Shown here one piece after another: positions 38,035 through 51,522 of a DNA stretch of 51,522 nucleotides; within the stretch, counting starts at the first letter, position 1, and every line of letters starts with the position of its first letter. The notes under the pieces were generated by a model. The model made no database searches and was not told the DNA's origin. It was given only the letters and a program-made list of their open reading frames with translations. This DNA comes from Rotaria socialis (lineage: Eukaryota). Position numbers and translations under genes: made by a program. Location of the stretch: positions 62,001-113,522 of the forward strand of contig CAJNYD010000024.1 in the NCBI GenBank assembly GCA_905331295.1, read 5' to 3'.

Positions 38035-41000
38035 GTATTCAAGAAATAAATGGAAAAATATTTAGCAAGAAGATCAATTTAAGGAACTCGATTTACGATT
38101 GAACGACATATTCTTCATAGTGCTACAATATCAAATTTCGTCCAGGGTATTGTTCCAATGAGCGCAGATATTTAAATTGACAGTGTTGAATTGAGATAAT
38201 ATATATTCTGGAGTTAGATGAATCAATAATACTTTGTATAGAACAAAAATAATTTCAAAATCGATCAAAATGAACTTTTGAATCTTTTAAATTCACAATC
38301 AAAACGATTTGCGTTCTTTTTTTTTGATATACACGATACAAACTACAGTGATGGTTTAATGACAAACCAAAAAATTGTTAAATGCTTGCATGTTTATCAT
38401 TGAAATTACTTAAGATTTGTGCAGATAAAAAAGCAGCATAACTCTGAAAGAATTTTTATCGGACATAGGAAGTTCTCCAATTATTAAATTACATTTGAGT
38501 TGGCTGGAGGCATATCACACTGAATCAAATGAGTTTTAAATGGGGGGGGGGTACTTTTTGTTTATTGAGGACGAGACAATATTCTTACTATAGTTATTTT
38601 GCCTTAGCTCCTGTCAAGAAAAATTGACTTTGAAATTGACATATAAAAATATTTCAACTCTAAGATACAGCTACATTCGATGGTAAAGACTCGATATTTC
38701 TATTTTGAGATCAACGCAAATGAAAATACGTTAAAATTATTCGAAGTAGTATTCTCGCAAAGTTCTATGTCTATGTTAAATTACAAGTCGAAATTCAAAA
38801 CTATCGATCCAATGAACAGTTTTAATTCTCTACCGTTTTATCTATTGAAAAACTCTATTTAGAAGTAGAATTAATCCATCATTTTCCTTATCAATTGCTT
38901 ACTTTGTAGTCGACAATACAAATTTCATCGGAAAAATCAAGTGAATAAGCTAAACTTTGAAGAAAAACATTAGCTGTGCCAAGTAAAACTTCTTCTACAG
39001 GTTCCCAAAATCTATTACAAGAAAACATTTTTTTACTATTTTATTTTGCCTTCTATATCTTACGGATCATCATCTTTTGACATGTACAATATTTCTTCGT
39101 CCCCATCAAGAAATTTTTGATAATGTTCCTAGAAGAGAAACAAACAGCAATTTGTTTTGAACAAAAGAAAAAGTCTGTTTTTATTTCTACTTTAATAATA
39201 TAACTTCGATTAATAAATCGTGCATCATCCCAATACCAAACATTTTGATTTAGAAGATTTCTCATTTTAATCAGTACTCTTAAAATAAAATAAATAAAAC
39301 GAAAATAAAATAAAATTCTAATATTTACTTCGATCCTTTCGCAGCCGTACCTTCCCATGATGATATGGGCATAAGAACAATTTCAAACGTACGATATTTA
39401 TTCAGTTCTTCACTAATTGCATTGACTTCGGATAATAGTGGTAATAAACTTAAGATCTTCTCTTGAATCTCTTCTTGTTCAACAGTTAGATTATTTCCTA
39501 ACGAATACCCTTTTGCTTTTGCAATTTCTTTTTGTGCAAATTCCCATGATATAACTGACGGTAAATCAGGTAAAGCTTCTTTTTCATTTGACGGACATAA
39601 ATAGACATAAACATGATTGGCACCGAATAAAATACGATCTTTATGTCGTAGTTGTGCCGATCTAAAATATACACGAACAAATAATATATCAATTATCAGT
39701 GAATTCATTATTTTTATATACCCATTTAAATTATAGCCATTAACTTTGATTTTCGCACCTGGTTCAGCTGCTATCAATTCATATTTACAGGAATCTATAG
39801 CTCGAATAGTAGCATGTTTTTCAAGAATATTTAAACCAGTAAGACATATAGTTGAATTTCGACTACCGATCGTAATCGTATCAGTATTAAAATAATGTAA
39901 AATAATATATGATAACATTGGATCTTCATTGAGATTAGCAAGATAGGGCACTTTTTTATCAGATTGCTGCGACGATTTTTTTTCGTTCAGTTGAGCATTT
40001 TTAAGCTAGATAGAAATACGAAAAGGATTTAATTGTTTATCAGGAAAAAATGATGCGCATAATTTTTATCCTATCAGGATTATTAAGGCAAAATTTGACG
40101 TATTATTTAGTAAGCACGAAAATTAAGCTATGACATTCATCATGTCAATTCACTTCGAACACTTAAATGATTTATATTCATGCGCAATAAAACGATGAAT
40201 AGAAGTCATCAATAGCTTTATCTGAATAGATTATTGATATCAGCAAATGTTCGTTGTGTTGAAAGTTCCATCAAAACAAGTCAATTATTATTTTTTATCC
40301 AATCCTGACATCCAGATGCTATCATTGTGATGTTTTTTTTACAACAGCGCAGTTTTTTGTAAAAAAAAAGAAATTAATTTTTAACAAATTGTTGTTTTTT
40401 CTTTGTTTGCTTTAAAAAGATAAATGACGCTGCAGTAGCGTATGTCTAATAGAACTTGACGTTTTCACTTAGTTTTATTGTTGTTATTGAAGAAAAGAAG
40501 CATTTGTATAAATGGATGGCCATTTTTTTCGAGAGTTTTTCATGACACTACACAGTTTCCTATGTTTGTTCCGCAGAATAAAAGAATTTTTTTAAAGTGT
40601 TAATTAGACTGCAGCCTATGAAACTCTTTTAATTAAAAACAAAGCATTGCTTTTGCACGATGAGAACTCACAGAAAATTTAGAGTTGTTAAAAAATCTGT
40701 TTATTAAATACCTCTTTCTCACGCCCTCAATATATGGCAACACAACGCATCCCGAAGTTTTCATGAATTTGATTTTGTATTTTTACTACAGTTTCTCGTT
40801 ATCAAAAACAAAATTTGTCGAGTAATCATAGTGAACATCCACAAAAAAACGGATCTTCGATGTTAATTTGAAAGATTGTTCCTTTGATCGACATTCTAAC
40901 TGATCGTCTCGACTTGATAATCTTCTTTTAGATCTTTGTCATACTACATGGCCTATTTAAACTCTGAAATATATAAACGGGCGTCGTAAATAATTCCATT

Positions 41001-44000
41001 ATTGATGTCATCCTATAGCTAAGTGTTTTTCGTAGAACAACTGATTTTGATTGAAAAGTTTTATCATCTTACTAAAAATAAAAATTGAAGTAACAATCAC
41101 TTCTTGAATCGTTCCTGACGGTCAAATGTCGATTAATCTTTAAGGTTTACTAAATGCAACTCATTTTGTTCTTGCAAATATTGCTCGTTATTCTAGTCTA
41201 GAAATAGAATCTATGCTTCAAATAGCTTACTTTTGCCACCAATATTTCCAACAGATTACAATTATTCATTAGTATTATTCAACCGAACATACCCTTAATT
41301 TCATCCGAATTTGATTTCAATGTAATTATTCAATCGCACGTTATCAATTTTTTCCTATTTAAAATAATTTTGAGTAAATAATGACAACGGATTACATATT
41401 ACTATATATGTTTATGATTTGATGTGAACTATGCAGTGCTAAGGAAATTTCACAGAAAATAAGCAAACTGCGACTTCAGCAAAAATTACAATCAAGTTTG
41501 AACGTCGAATATCAATTACATTTCAAGAGAACTAGCGTATGCTCTTTTTTTTTAGCAAAAGCGGTCCTTTGATTAAGGCATACGAATCTCCCGATTGTCC
41601 GGTAGTCAAAAACATAAAAATGAGATAGATAGTACTAACTAGTAAGCTACTTATGTCATATGCGCATCCTAATAGAACATTGGCAATATTCATTACTAGC
41701 ATAAAAGTTTGCACTGTTCTCTATGTTTGGAAAATTCTTAGTGAACCTCCCTACAGAATAGGGGCTCATGGGTGTTGTCTCTGTTCCGCAAGCTATAATT
41801 TTGTAACAAAGCATGCTCTGATGCCAGCTTTTACGTTATTTGATAGAGAAATGTTCATCCTTTCATTTTTCATCGGTTTTAGTTCATTTTTCATGAAGTA
41901 AACCTTGATTTTCAACGGAGAAATCGAACCCAGAGGGTGGGCTTCTATTTTGTGCAGGGGTTTAATTAAATTTGAATGTCAGGATTTTCATTTCTTAATA
42001 ATGACAGTGGAATTATACTTTTTGATATTTAAATTACCTTCAAATCCCAAGATGTTTTTGAGCTCTGTAACATTTGTTGATTGACTTGTATTTGTGAGAG
42101 AATTTCTTCTTCTACTTTTTTTCTCATTGCTTCAATATCTTGATTTGTCATACTAGGTAGAATATCTAATTGTAAATTATATTTACCAGTATCGATCAGT
42201 AATCTTAGACGTTCATTTTCTGCCTTAAAACGTCAAACATGAATCTAAGCAAAAACAAATTTCTTTTTCACTAAACATACTTTTAATTCGCGAATTAATT
42301 TTTCAATGGGATTTTCATTAACTACAACTGTATTTTTAATACGTTTAACACGATCAGCAAAACGCAGTGTACTTAATGTTTCATCATGGCTAACATCAGT
42401 TGGTGATAAAGCAGCTATCATAACTGTTTTACTATTTCCGCCGAGGGCATTTTGAAGCAATTTTGTTAATACAGATTCACGATATGGTACAACAAGTTTT
42501 CGTTTCGTTCCTGATGACATTTCAGCTAATGCCGCTATAACATTGCCCAGTGTGGATAGGGATTTATTAATATTGGTACCTTCTTTCAATCTATCACCGG
42601 TTGCTCCTGTACTTGAAGATCTTTCAGATCCTTAAACGACATTAAAGATACAAGAAAAATAAACGGATGCCATTTGATTTTATCATAAAAAAAACCAAAA
42701 TTCCCTACCAGCTAAATCAACAAGATTGATAACACTTGTTTTTTTCGTTTCGCCACGATCATCTTTTATAATCTGATCGAAATATATAGTAACAACTGTA
42801 TGTGCTCGGCTACTTGTTGCATTCATATTTGTCGCGGCTATCGTTCGATTTTCTGTACCTTCAGTAACACGACGTTCAATATCATTATAAGTGCCGACAG
42901 GTACAATACGAAGGCCTTGAGGATAGAAATGGCCGGACGTTGGATGTTGATGAATAACAAGACCTGAGGCAAAAGAAAACGACGATCGGATCGATTTATT
43001 AAATATTTATAATATTTACCGCCTTTCGGAAACTCTTTATTCAATAGATCCCGAACTTGTTCATTGTAAATTTCCATCATAGAGAGGCAGATTTCATAGC
43101 GCTGAAAAAATATGGAAAGCATTAAGAAATAATTATTTTGAAAGATGATCAGATTGAATTAGCTTATTATGCGTGAGAAACAATTATTTCTACTTACGCA
43201 TACTTTTTTGAAATCTCATGACTAATATACGTAAATAATAACAGTTTTCAAGAATTTAGATTTAATATATAAAAATGTCAAGCTGATACAACTAAGTAGC
43301 AACGTCTTTTATTTTGTAAATTGGAAAATTAATTTAAATAAAAGGAACAAGTCGCTAAGCTTTCTGCCAATTAACCCAATGATTTTTGTTTAGAAATGCT
43401 ATGTGGCTTTGTTTTATTTTTGAAAAATAAAAGATAGAATAAAAAGAATAAATGAAAGCAGGAATATTATACGATTTTTTTGCCTCTTTATGTCATCGTG
43501 TCATGTACACACTGCAATTAGCAATTAAAGCATGAATTGCAAAATGAATGTCTAGAAAAGTACACTTATCTATTGGTGCCTATGTTCTCTTTTTTTTCAT
43601 TTTTTTTGCCATAATTATCAAGTCTCCCGTTACATTTCTATATGGTCTCAAAAGCGAGTTTCTAATTTTTGATTTCAGTGAAACAACATCACGATTCTTT
43701 CTCTATTTATTATAATACATACAGTCGATGGACTCTTCGCATTTTGTATTTCATGAAATAATTCATCACAAACAATAGGAACAATTCCACTAAAGCAAAA
43801 AACATTTATTGAAAGAATAGCCACAATCAATGTCGTCTGTACCGGTTAACACCATAGCCAATCATGGAATAACTTTTCCCCGAGCCTGTTTGACCATATG
43901 CAAATAATGAACAATTGAAACCTATGGGTGGGGAGATAACGAAGACAAATTCATTTAAGTGTTTATTCTTACCATCAAAAGCATTTTTTAAAACATCACG

Positions 44001-44551
44001 ACCAAGATCATCAAAAACTTTTTGTTGTGAAGCATATGGCGATAATGAATTATCAGCTTCAAGAATTCCGGAAGGAAGTTCAACAAAACCATCGTGTGAC
44101 CTAAAAAAATATTTCTTCCTTTCTTTTCCTTAAGTCCTTTATTTTACTTACCAGTAAGAATAATCGAATGAAAACTATTGACCAAAAAAAGATTTTTTTT
44201 CTCTTCTAATTAATTTTACTCGAAAGACTTACTTGTTTTGGTTCATCGTCTAGAGCAAGAAATTTTTTTAAATATTTATCTCTTTGTCTTAAAACTAGAA
44301 AACTTACATGGTGCTTTTGGATCAGTAATAAATGTTGATTTTCCTTCCATTTTAATAATAAGTTTTGCATTGCGATCTTTTTCTCTGTTTATTTTAAGCA
44401 AAAAAATTGTTAATTTCTTGGAAAATTTTAGTATTTCATTTTTTACCTTTGATTAAATGGACGTAGACGAACAGCGACTTTGATTCTGATAGATACAAAT
44501 ATTTATGATGAAATTAATATACGATGATTGAACTTACGATTCTTCAGGCAT
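35390..44551 (-). CDS. KIF28: Kinesin-3 motor of the KIF28/KLP-6 subfamily (motor, FHA, C-terminal region), many exons
   Basis: Motor: [33 protein letters not shown]-loop [92 protein letters not shown]...[16 protein letters not shown]28-type stalk motifs [11 protein letters not shown] and DDPFWEPVE. The checked exons are in phase through to ...STICIIQ-TGA at 35390. Confidence 0.92.
35945..36422 (-). mobile_element. DINE-1/Helentron-associated (HINE-like) non-autonomous element in the last KIF28 intron
   Basis: The minus strand begins TTTTTTGTGTACTCAAAAAATGAGTACACTCTAGATTCGG (subTIR + partial inverted repeat). Two ~150-bp internal tandem units start near 36072 and 36223. A second subTIR TGTGTACT lies at 35979-35986, followed by the terminal stem-loop AACATCGGAT-TCGC-ATCTGATTGTT (35953-35977). 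No TSD; A/T-rich flanks. Confidence 0.72.
37995..38032. repeat. (AG)n microsatellite in a KIF28 intron
   Basis: Perfect AG dinucleotide run. Smaller microsatellites at ~1704-1722 (CA), 4542-4561 (TA), 31507-31537 (AG) and 35078-35099 (TA). Confidence 0.95.
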
Positions 44552-46371
44552 TTTTATCTAGAGACGGGTAACTCTTAAAAATGAAGAAAATAACGTGGAT
44601 TATAAACTCAAAATGAAGAAAGTTTAGTTCATAGATAGTAAAAAAAGAGAACCTAGCATAAAGAATAATGATTATCATATAAAAGAAAAGAGCACTTAAA
44701 AACATGAAATAATATTGAACAAAAGAAGGGAGAAAAATGACAAAAACACATTTGAAATGTGTGAACTAATCGGCTTAGAACTCGTTCGTACCATTAAAAA
44801 ATGTACTATTAAATTATTCATTTTCTAAAATAAGAAGTATCATTTTTCTAGTATGTGTTTGTGCTAGACTGTTTTAATACTCTTCTTGTAACTAGATTTA
44901 TCTCATTGGTTTTTTTTACAAACTTTCTCAAAGCCTAGAAAACTATTTAGAAATCTTCAAAACCTTTTAGGCAATGATACTACGGATCGGAAATGAAACA
45001 GACCCTTTGTGAGGTATGCGTTATGGTATACCACTTAGCAATTATATGTTTCTTAAGCGACAATAAAAAGGAAGTGCCATAGTCTGTTGAATGTCTCCAC
45101 CTTTTATATAAAAGAAAGAAAAATAAAAGAAAGAATGAAAGAACAACAGGTTCAGCGTCATAGTAATATTGTCTTTTGCATTTTGCAAAGAGTATTAACT
45201 AAGAAGTGAAAAAAGAAAAAACTCATTAATATTCTCTACACAATGATGAAAAGAGCCAAAAACATCTTTAAAAATATGTCATTTTTCTCTTTTGCATTTT
45301 TTAATTGTTCAAATTGTTGGAGTAAAAGAAACACGAATCATTATGTCATCGTTTTAAATGCTCCCTCACACATTAATAGTTTAAAGTAAAATATCTAATA
45401 CGAAAACAACTCACAGCGATCTTATTATATATGGGACATAATTAAACGTAATTATTCAAAAACTTGACGTTAACTTAGAACACCTGCAGGTCTTTGAATC
45501 CTAAAAGAACATTCTTCTATTTATAATTTAGAACAACATATGAATATGGAATAGTAATTCAAAAATAGATGATCTGATGTTACCATAATTTTGTATGATT
45601 ACAAAACCGTAGGTTGAATCAAAACTTATAAAGACACGTACTTGAAAAGGTCGACGATAGAATTTACGGGTAAATAAATAAATTATTTAAAGGTTTTTTT
45701 TTATCGAGTTTGCTATCAAAAAAGTAACGGAAGATCCTAAAACTAATAATTCCAACGGCAAACATATAGTTGATTAAACAAGTAAAATAGAAATCCTGCC
45801 TGTGAAAACGTTTTTTTGTTTTTCAACATCAGAGTAGCATTAATTTCATTTTCATTAGTCATATAACCAATGAGATCCTTGAGTATTAAACCATAATCTC
45901 TATCTATATTATCATTCGTCTTCTTTTTAATTTTTATGAGCAAGATAAAAAAAAAAGAACTCGTGCATTATCCAGCGTACTATGATAAGAAATCGATCAA
46001 TTCGATATCATTAGTAGTTCTCAATTTTTTAATTTTGATCAATAGGAATGTTACAAATTTGATTATCTGTCCTTGTTGCGTTTTCAACCGAAAACAAAAG
46101 TCCTGTTCATTCCAAAATTAAACCTATGTGAGATAAATACTTGTGTAAACATTTTTGTTACTAAATTAAAATGCAATTCCACGTTGACATGATTTCATTG
46201 GAAACTAAAATGATTTCGTAACTATTTTCCTACATTATATTCTCCTAAAACTAGTAATATAACATTTGACGAATGACACATCGCCAACTGTCGCGTAGAT
46301 TTAGTATTCAAATTTTTAATCAAGTCATAAAATACATACAAAAAATATAATATTTTTCTTAAAACAAAATC

Positions 46372-47121
46372 CTACTGGCTAAAATATCGTATCTGAATAA
46401 CTGTCGATACTATCGTATTTATAATTGATTGTATAAATGTTAATGCAATAACAGTTATTAATAAAGTGTTAAGTGTTTCGTATGAATGAGGACATACACC
46501 ATCTATGTTCGATATTTTGTCATCACATCGATCTGCTAATACAATAAACAGGCTGGCACCAAACACAATAACTACAAAGATGGGTTGCCATAGGTGAGAA
46601 CGAAAATATTTCCTTATATCAATGTGACGTGAACGACGATTTAATACCAATCCATACATTCCCATAAAAATGATAATAGCACCAGCCCAAAACCCATAAT
46701 AGTAATAGGCCATAGAATATGCTGACATCAATCCTATTTGTAGACCAACTATTATCATACCAAAACATATCATAAGTACACCATTAATATTCAAGTAGAT
46801 TCTCATTTTTTTCGATAGAATCAAGCCTATGGGGGCAGTTTGATGAGCTGCAACAGGATTAGAAGTAACTATTTGTACGACACCATCGTCCAATGGTGGC
46901 CCAGGATAGTTGCTAATATAAAATACAGATGGATTTTGGATGTTAGCATAACTTGGCGGTTGCGTTGAAAGGCTCTCACCATTTTCGTCTGTAGAATTTT
47001 CTAGTTTATAAATGACACTTGTATATGATGGAGGTGGCACTTGAAAATCAGCACTGTTTTCATTTATACTTTTTTGTTCACTAGTAGCAGAATCTTGGGT
47101 TATACTCGAATGTGACTGCAT
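46372..47121 (-). CDS. Four-transmembrane MS4A/CD20-like protein with N-terminal PPxY motifs, single exon
   Basis: First ATG at 47121 (MQSHSS). Cytoplasmic PPPSY and PPSY motifs. Four hydrophobic segments, including GVLMICFGMIIVGLQIG and YYGFWAGAIIIFMGMYGL (CD20-like GFW.G motif). Cys pair in the TM3-TM4 loop. Confidence 0.7.
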   Translation of the reverse strand: MQSHSSITQDSATSEQKSINENSADFQVPPPSYTSVIYKLENSTDENGESLSTQPPSYANIQNPSVFYISNYPGPPLDDGVVQIVTSNPVAAHQTAPIGLILSKKMRIYLNINGVLMICFGMIIVGLQIGLMSAYSMAYYYYGFWAGAIIIFMGMYGLVLNRRSRHIDIRKYFRSHLWQPIFVVIVFGASLFIVLADRCDDKISNIDGVCPHSYETLNTLLITVIALTFIQSIINTIVSTVIQIRYFSQ

Positions 47122-49423
47122 GTAGATTGCTAATGGTAATTTATACAATTGGTAAATTTTTTTATCTTTATTTTTACTACTGTTATCGCGTATGATGATA
47201 GTAAAAGCAGACGTTTATTAAATGCAGTACGTCAACCATGGCCTTTTTTTTTATACATGCAACTTATATTATATCATTGCACCGACCATGCAAAGGTGAA
47301 TATCATGTATTTTGCCCTATCCACATGCAAGTTTACTTAAATGAGAGAAAGAAAACAAAATTTGCAATTTTGTTTTTCCTCGTGTTTTCGATAAATATGA
47401 GCCAGCCGAAAGAGCACCAGAACCGTTGATTTCTTTCATCGCATCTGTCATTAGTGACCCGCCCAATCGCGCGTATACTTTAATCAAGCGTGACTACTTT
47501 GATTTTTTTTCGTAAACATGTTTGAATATATTCAAATGCATATTTTCTTTAAAAATATAGATATATACGAGTATCTTTCTAATAATCAAATAGAGCCATT
47601 GAGACACATATAGTATATTATTTTTCTTTGAGAAAACTTGTTAATTAGCGTTTCTAGAATATTGTATTTGACAGAAAGAATAAAATTTTCTGATAAAAAA
47701 TAGACATGCTGTTTATAAGCGTAGCGTTGATGATTTATGTATTTAGTTCCCACGCAATGCAAAATCTGTTGCTGACAGTAGCGCAACAAAAAGTCTGAGG
47801 CGATTTAACGCTTCTTCCCGCTCACAGCTAATGACTCTACGATTCCTGCTACTTATCTCATAGGTAAAAATTAATTCGTTCATAAAATTCGAAATAACCA
47901 CAGATATTTGCATAGATGATCTATATCATTGAAAATATATTCATGTTGTCACCGTATTGATGAGAAGAAAAAAACATCAGTTAAATATCAGTGTTTGTTA
48001 TATGAATGTAGTTTTGTTTGCATCTCATTTTTTTTCTTCGTGATAAAACTTTGAATGAAATATTAACTGTAGTATTATTCATGTCAAATTAAAAGAGGAG
48101 TGAATTTTTTTCCAAAACATTTGTCTTGTTGCTCTGAGAAAAATTTGGTATTGAGAATCCGAAACATTTCTATTTCCTCCTTCAAACAATGAAAAACGTA
48201 GACCTCTATCTAGCTGCTAGCAAGAATTATTCTAAAAATGCGAACCCTTCTGTTAATTGCAAATGGATAATAGTTATCGTGGAATTTCGATTTCAAGGCC
48301 GTGCCTTTGGTATTTATGATTGAAATACAGCGTATGAAAATTTTGTCGAGTTCTAAATCAGATAAAAAAAAACTAGTGCTACGGTTGGTCGCTATAATAG
48401 AATTGGCGTGTCATCTCAAAATTCTCCTTCTACAATTGCGTGATCGTCTTCACATTCAGAGACTCTGTGTCTTTGATAATGTTTCCAGTTTCATTAATAG
48501 ATTTAGGAAAAGATCTACAGAAAAGTAAAGTTCTCAAAATTAGATTTTGAGAGTTATGAAAAACAGCTTTCAAGCATACTCGTAGCATAGAAAAAAACAT
48601 ATGTAAGCAAACTAACATGTTTCAGAGTTCTTCATGATTTTTCTTTTAATAGGTTGTTCTCTGCTATTTCTACATTTTTGGAGCTCTTCGCTGAATGGAA
48701 AAAAGTAGAGAAGTCGTCGAGAATAAATTATTTCATAGATGCATTTATTTGTAAAAGGATTTTCAACGAATTTAAATAACAAGTTTTACAACTCTTGGTT
48801 ATTCACCAAAATCTTATTATTATAATAAATCGTTCCAGCATATCAAATATTGTCTGAGTTTATTTCTTTAGCTTTTACCATTCAAGAAACAGGTCACGAA
48901 TGCATCTACTTGAGCTTCTTTTTATACAATCATCAGCATTGCCGACTCGTCTGACAAGTATCTTTCTAGCAAAATTAGATTTTCTATTAAGAAAACTTGA
49001 ATATTACATGTAACCCATAAATGACGCGTTGATGATACTACTATTTTATCTGATTCTAGCTCTCTTTCAATGTCATTTCTGAAAGTCTAAAGCTTCAAAT
49101 TGATTATATTTACATTAGATAGATGTATATACACAACAGAATATTATAACATAACGAATAGTTCGAAAAAAAAGATACATGCTATTTATACGAGCCTCAA
49201 GCACATCTGTTTGACCTTCGCTCAGTATTCATTTTTTTTTAATATTCAACAGAATAGAGAAAAAAAAACAATGCTCGAAGAAGAAGCAATGACCTCTACT
49301 ATCATCTACAACGAGCGACTTTTTTCTCGTTCTCACATTCGATGATTAAACCAAACGGTGCCAAGCAAACATAACAAAACATCTGTCGGCGAATAAGTAA
49401 CAAAACTAGCATGTAAAAATAGG

Positions 49424-50251
49424 ATGGATGAAATTAAATACAATACTCCAAGTATTATCAAACTAGGATCATTCGCAGGCAAAGTAGGATTAAAAATATA
49501 TTATTTAATAAAAAATCTAATTGTGATGTTTTTTTGCCTCCGCCGATTTAGATTAAATATTGTATAATAGATACATATTTTATTCCTCTAGTCAAAATTT
49601 TTAAGCTAAAAGTAACAGTTTCTTTTTGCCAAAAAAAAGATAAAATTTATTAGAATTTTCTTCTGAAATATAGATTACCTATGATAATAAGCAATTGATT
49701 GTAATTGCAAGCGATGGATTACAGCATATTCCATTACATGATTTAATTTGGTAAAAAATATAAAATAAACCTTTTGTTTTATCATATATTTTTTAAAATT
49801 TTATAGGGAATATTTTAATCGATACCTCATACCTGAAAACTATTCAATTTATCATCGAAATGGTATTACAATGGATAATCGTTTAGAAAATTTATTGTTA
49901 ATATCGAACAATATGTCTTATTTGCCATTGAAATCTTGTGGATTATCAAGTTTTTATTGGCGAATTATTTCCTATTTACCAGTGGATATGGATGAAGTCA
50001 ATTATCATAATACAATATTAAATCAATCTAGTCTATATGAATGTCATAATGCACCATGCACACAATTACTAATGAATTCGTGTGAAGAACAGTTTATTTG
50101 TCTTAAATGCAAGAAAATAAAGTAAGAAATAAAGAGACTAGATTCGATTTTTTTTATGTGTCTATTCACATTTAGGTATTGTAGTCAAATGTGTCAAACA
50201 ATGGATGCAGATATTCATTCGATATTTTGCAATCCGACGAATGCAATATAA
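49424..50251 (+). CDS. ZMYND19: Zinc finger MYND domain-containing protein 19 homolog, 5 exons
   Basis: Exons 49424-49483, 49552-49611, 49674-49750, 49807-50121 and 50176-50251. They give IIKLGSFAGK|IKYCIID..IPLV, LHDLIW|E, HRNGITMDNRLENL (HNH-like), FYWRIISYLP, ECHNAPC...CLKCKKIKYCSQMCQTMD..IHSIFC, colinear with ZMYND19. Confidence 0.88.
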
Positions 50252-51522
50252 AAGTCATCCGTGTATATTTGATTTATTATTATTATATAGTCACTTTTTA
50301 CGATAGAAATAAAATAATTTTATTGTTGTATGTTATGTAGATGGTGTTTTGTTTTTCTATTGAGAAATAAATGATCGTTGTCAAGAGAAACGTTAGTCAC
50401 ACAAATAATTTTATCGAACAATTGTAAATCTATTATGAATAATATTTAGAATGATTTCACACAATGTTTTATCCTTATCTCAGTCATAGATTCTATTGTC
50501 AACAGTATGGCTTATGTAATAAACCCCTCAAATGCAACTCGGTCGTCAGAGAAAAATTCATTTAGAAATACGATTTTTATTCGGATGTAATACAAATAGA
50601 TCAGTGGTTTGCAGTTAACTATTTATAATAATTCCTTAGCTGCTTATAGGATTGTCTAGAAAAAACTAATTAACATTTAAGCAAGATGAACGTTGCCAGA
50701 AAATAAATCTATCGAAACATAATTTGTTTTTCCAGAACGGAAACAATTGCAACATCTTATAATTTCTCAAAATTCGTTCAGTCTTCAATAATAAATTATC
50801 TTTCTATTCTTTTTTCAAAATTTGGTAGAATATTAGCATATTAATTTGACGACAGCAAATGCATGTTCAATTGGCAAAATCAAACTTTAAAATATATCGA
50901 CCTGTTTTTCAATTATCTTTGTTAAACAAATTGAATATATCAATATTGTTAACCATATCATCTTGACACTGGAATTCTCTATTACTCCATAAATTTCTTT
51001 TGCAATTAACATTTATCTTTTGATGAATAGCGTAAATGCAACGGGACCGCATGTACGACAAAACAACGGCAAACTGTTATTTTACGTAATCAGATTCTTT
51101 GTCAGTTCAAGTTGATTATTTTGAGGACATTTATTTTTAAAATGTAATTGCATCTACTAATAAACTTTTAAAGTCTTCATCATCTTCTATTATCTACGAC
51201 TTAAAAATAAAAACGAAGACAGAATTGAAATATCTGAGCATTTAGAATTCTAACACATATGTGTCGACGAAGTACTCGTATTGTCCAGTTGAATAAAGAT
51301 AATGTATAGATATATTATAACGTAATATGGTAAGGGAGAATTCGACGCTCTATTACAATCTTTGATAACTTTAGAAAGAGTTTTTCTTATGAGAGTAAAA
51401 AGAGTAGAAAAAATCCCAATGTCTTTTTGTCGGCCAATTGCGAGTAGAATTGACGTGACTTCAGATGTTGTCAAGAAATAAAAGCAAGAGAATAAATAAA
51501 TATTCAGAATTATAGGAACTTG

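Noticed and set aside
40700..40770. Minus-strand peptide [11 protein letters not shown] reminiscent of Penelope-like retroelements
   Set aside because: Too short, flanked by stops, and no RT or GIY-YIG motifs nearby.
48300..48970. Coding-like minus-strand stretch
   Set aside because: Multiple stops and no recognisable family; may be a decayed pseudogene or TE but cannot be supported.
50600..51522. Possible minus-strand gene or pseudogene fragments at the window end
   Set aside because: No consistent reading frame or identifiable domain could be assembled.

Overview
AT-rich, intron-containing eukaryotic (animal) genomic DNA. The short introns, dense gene packing and mix of metazoan and foreign-looking genes suggest a bdelloid rotifer (inference). 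I assembled 11 protein-coding genes by hand. Conserved metazoan genes: tensin-like SH2-PTB (+), ARNT/tango bHLH-PAS (-), hnRNP A/B/D (squid)-like 2xRRM (-), PDZ+ZM Zasp-like (-), KIF28/KLP-6 kinesin-3 (-), MS4A/CD20-like tetraspan (-) and ZMYND19 (+). Between tensin and ARNT (about 7.1-20.2 kb) lies an accessory island holding a cyanobacterial-type aldo/keto reductase with one spliceosomal intron, an orphan SOCS-box protein, a dcd1/acid-ceramidase-like Ntn hydrolase and an intronless CgeB-like glycosyltransferase with a type II membrane anchor. The window also carries three non-autonomous hAT-like elements with 8-bp TSDs, a MITE, a foldback palindrome and two DINE-1/Helentron-like copies. The most notable observations are the candidate horizontally acquired island, a kinesin-3 ending in a CaaX box (CIIQ), a three-fold GYxTD(S/T)G motif in the tensin, a GC-AG intron in ARNT, and acceptor-like AGs just upstream of many start codons (possible SL trans-splicing). 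I could not demonstrate a complete new multi-gene system. Family assignments come from remembered motifs, not database searches.
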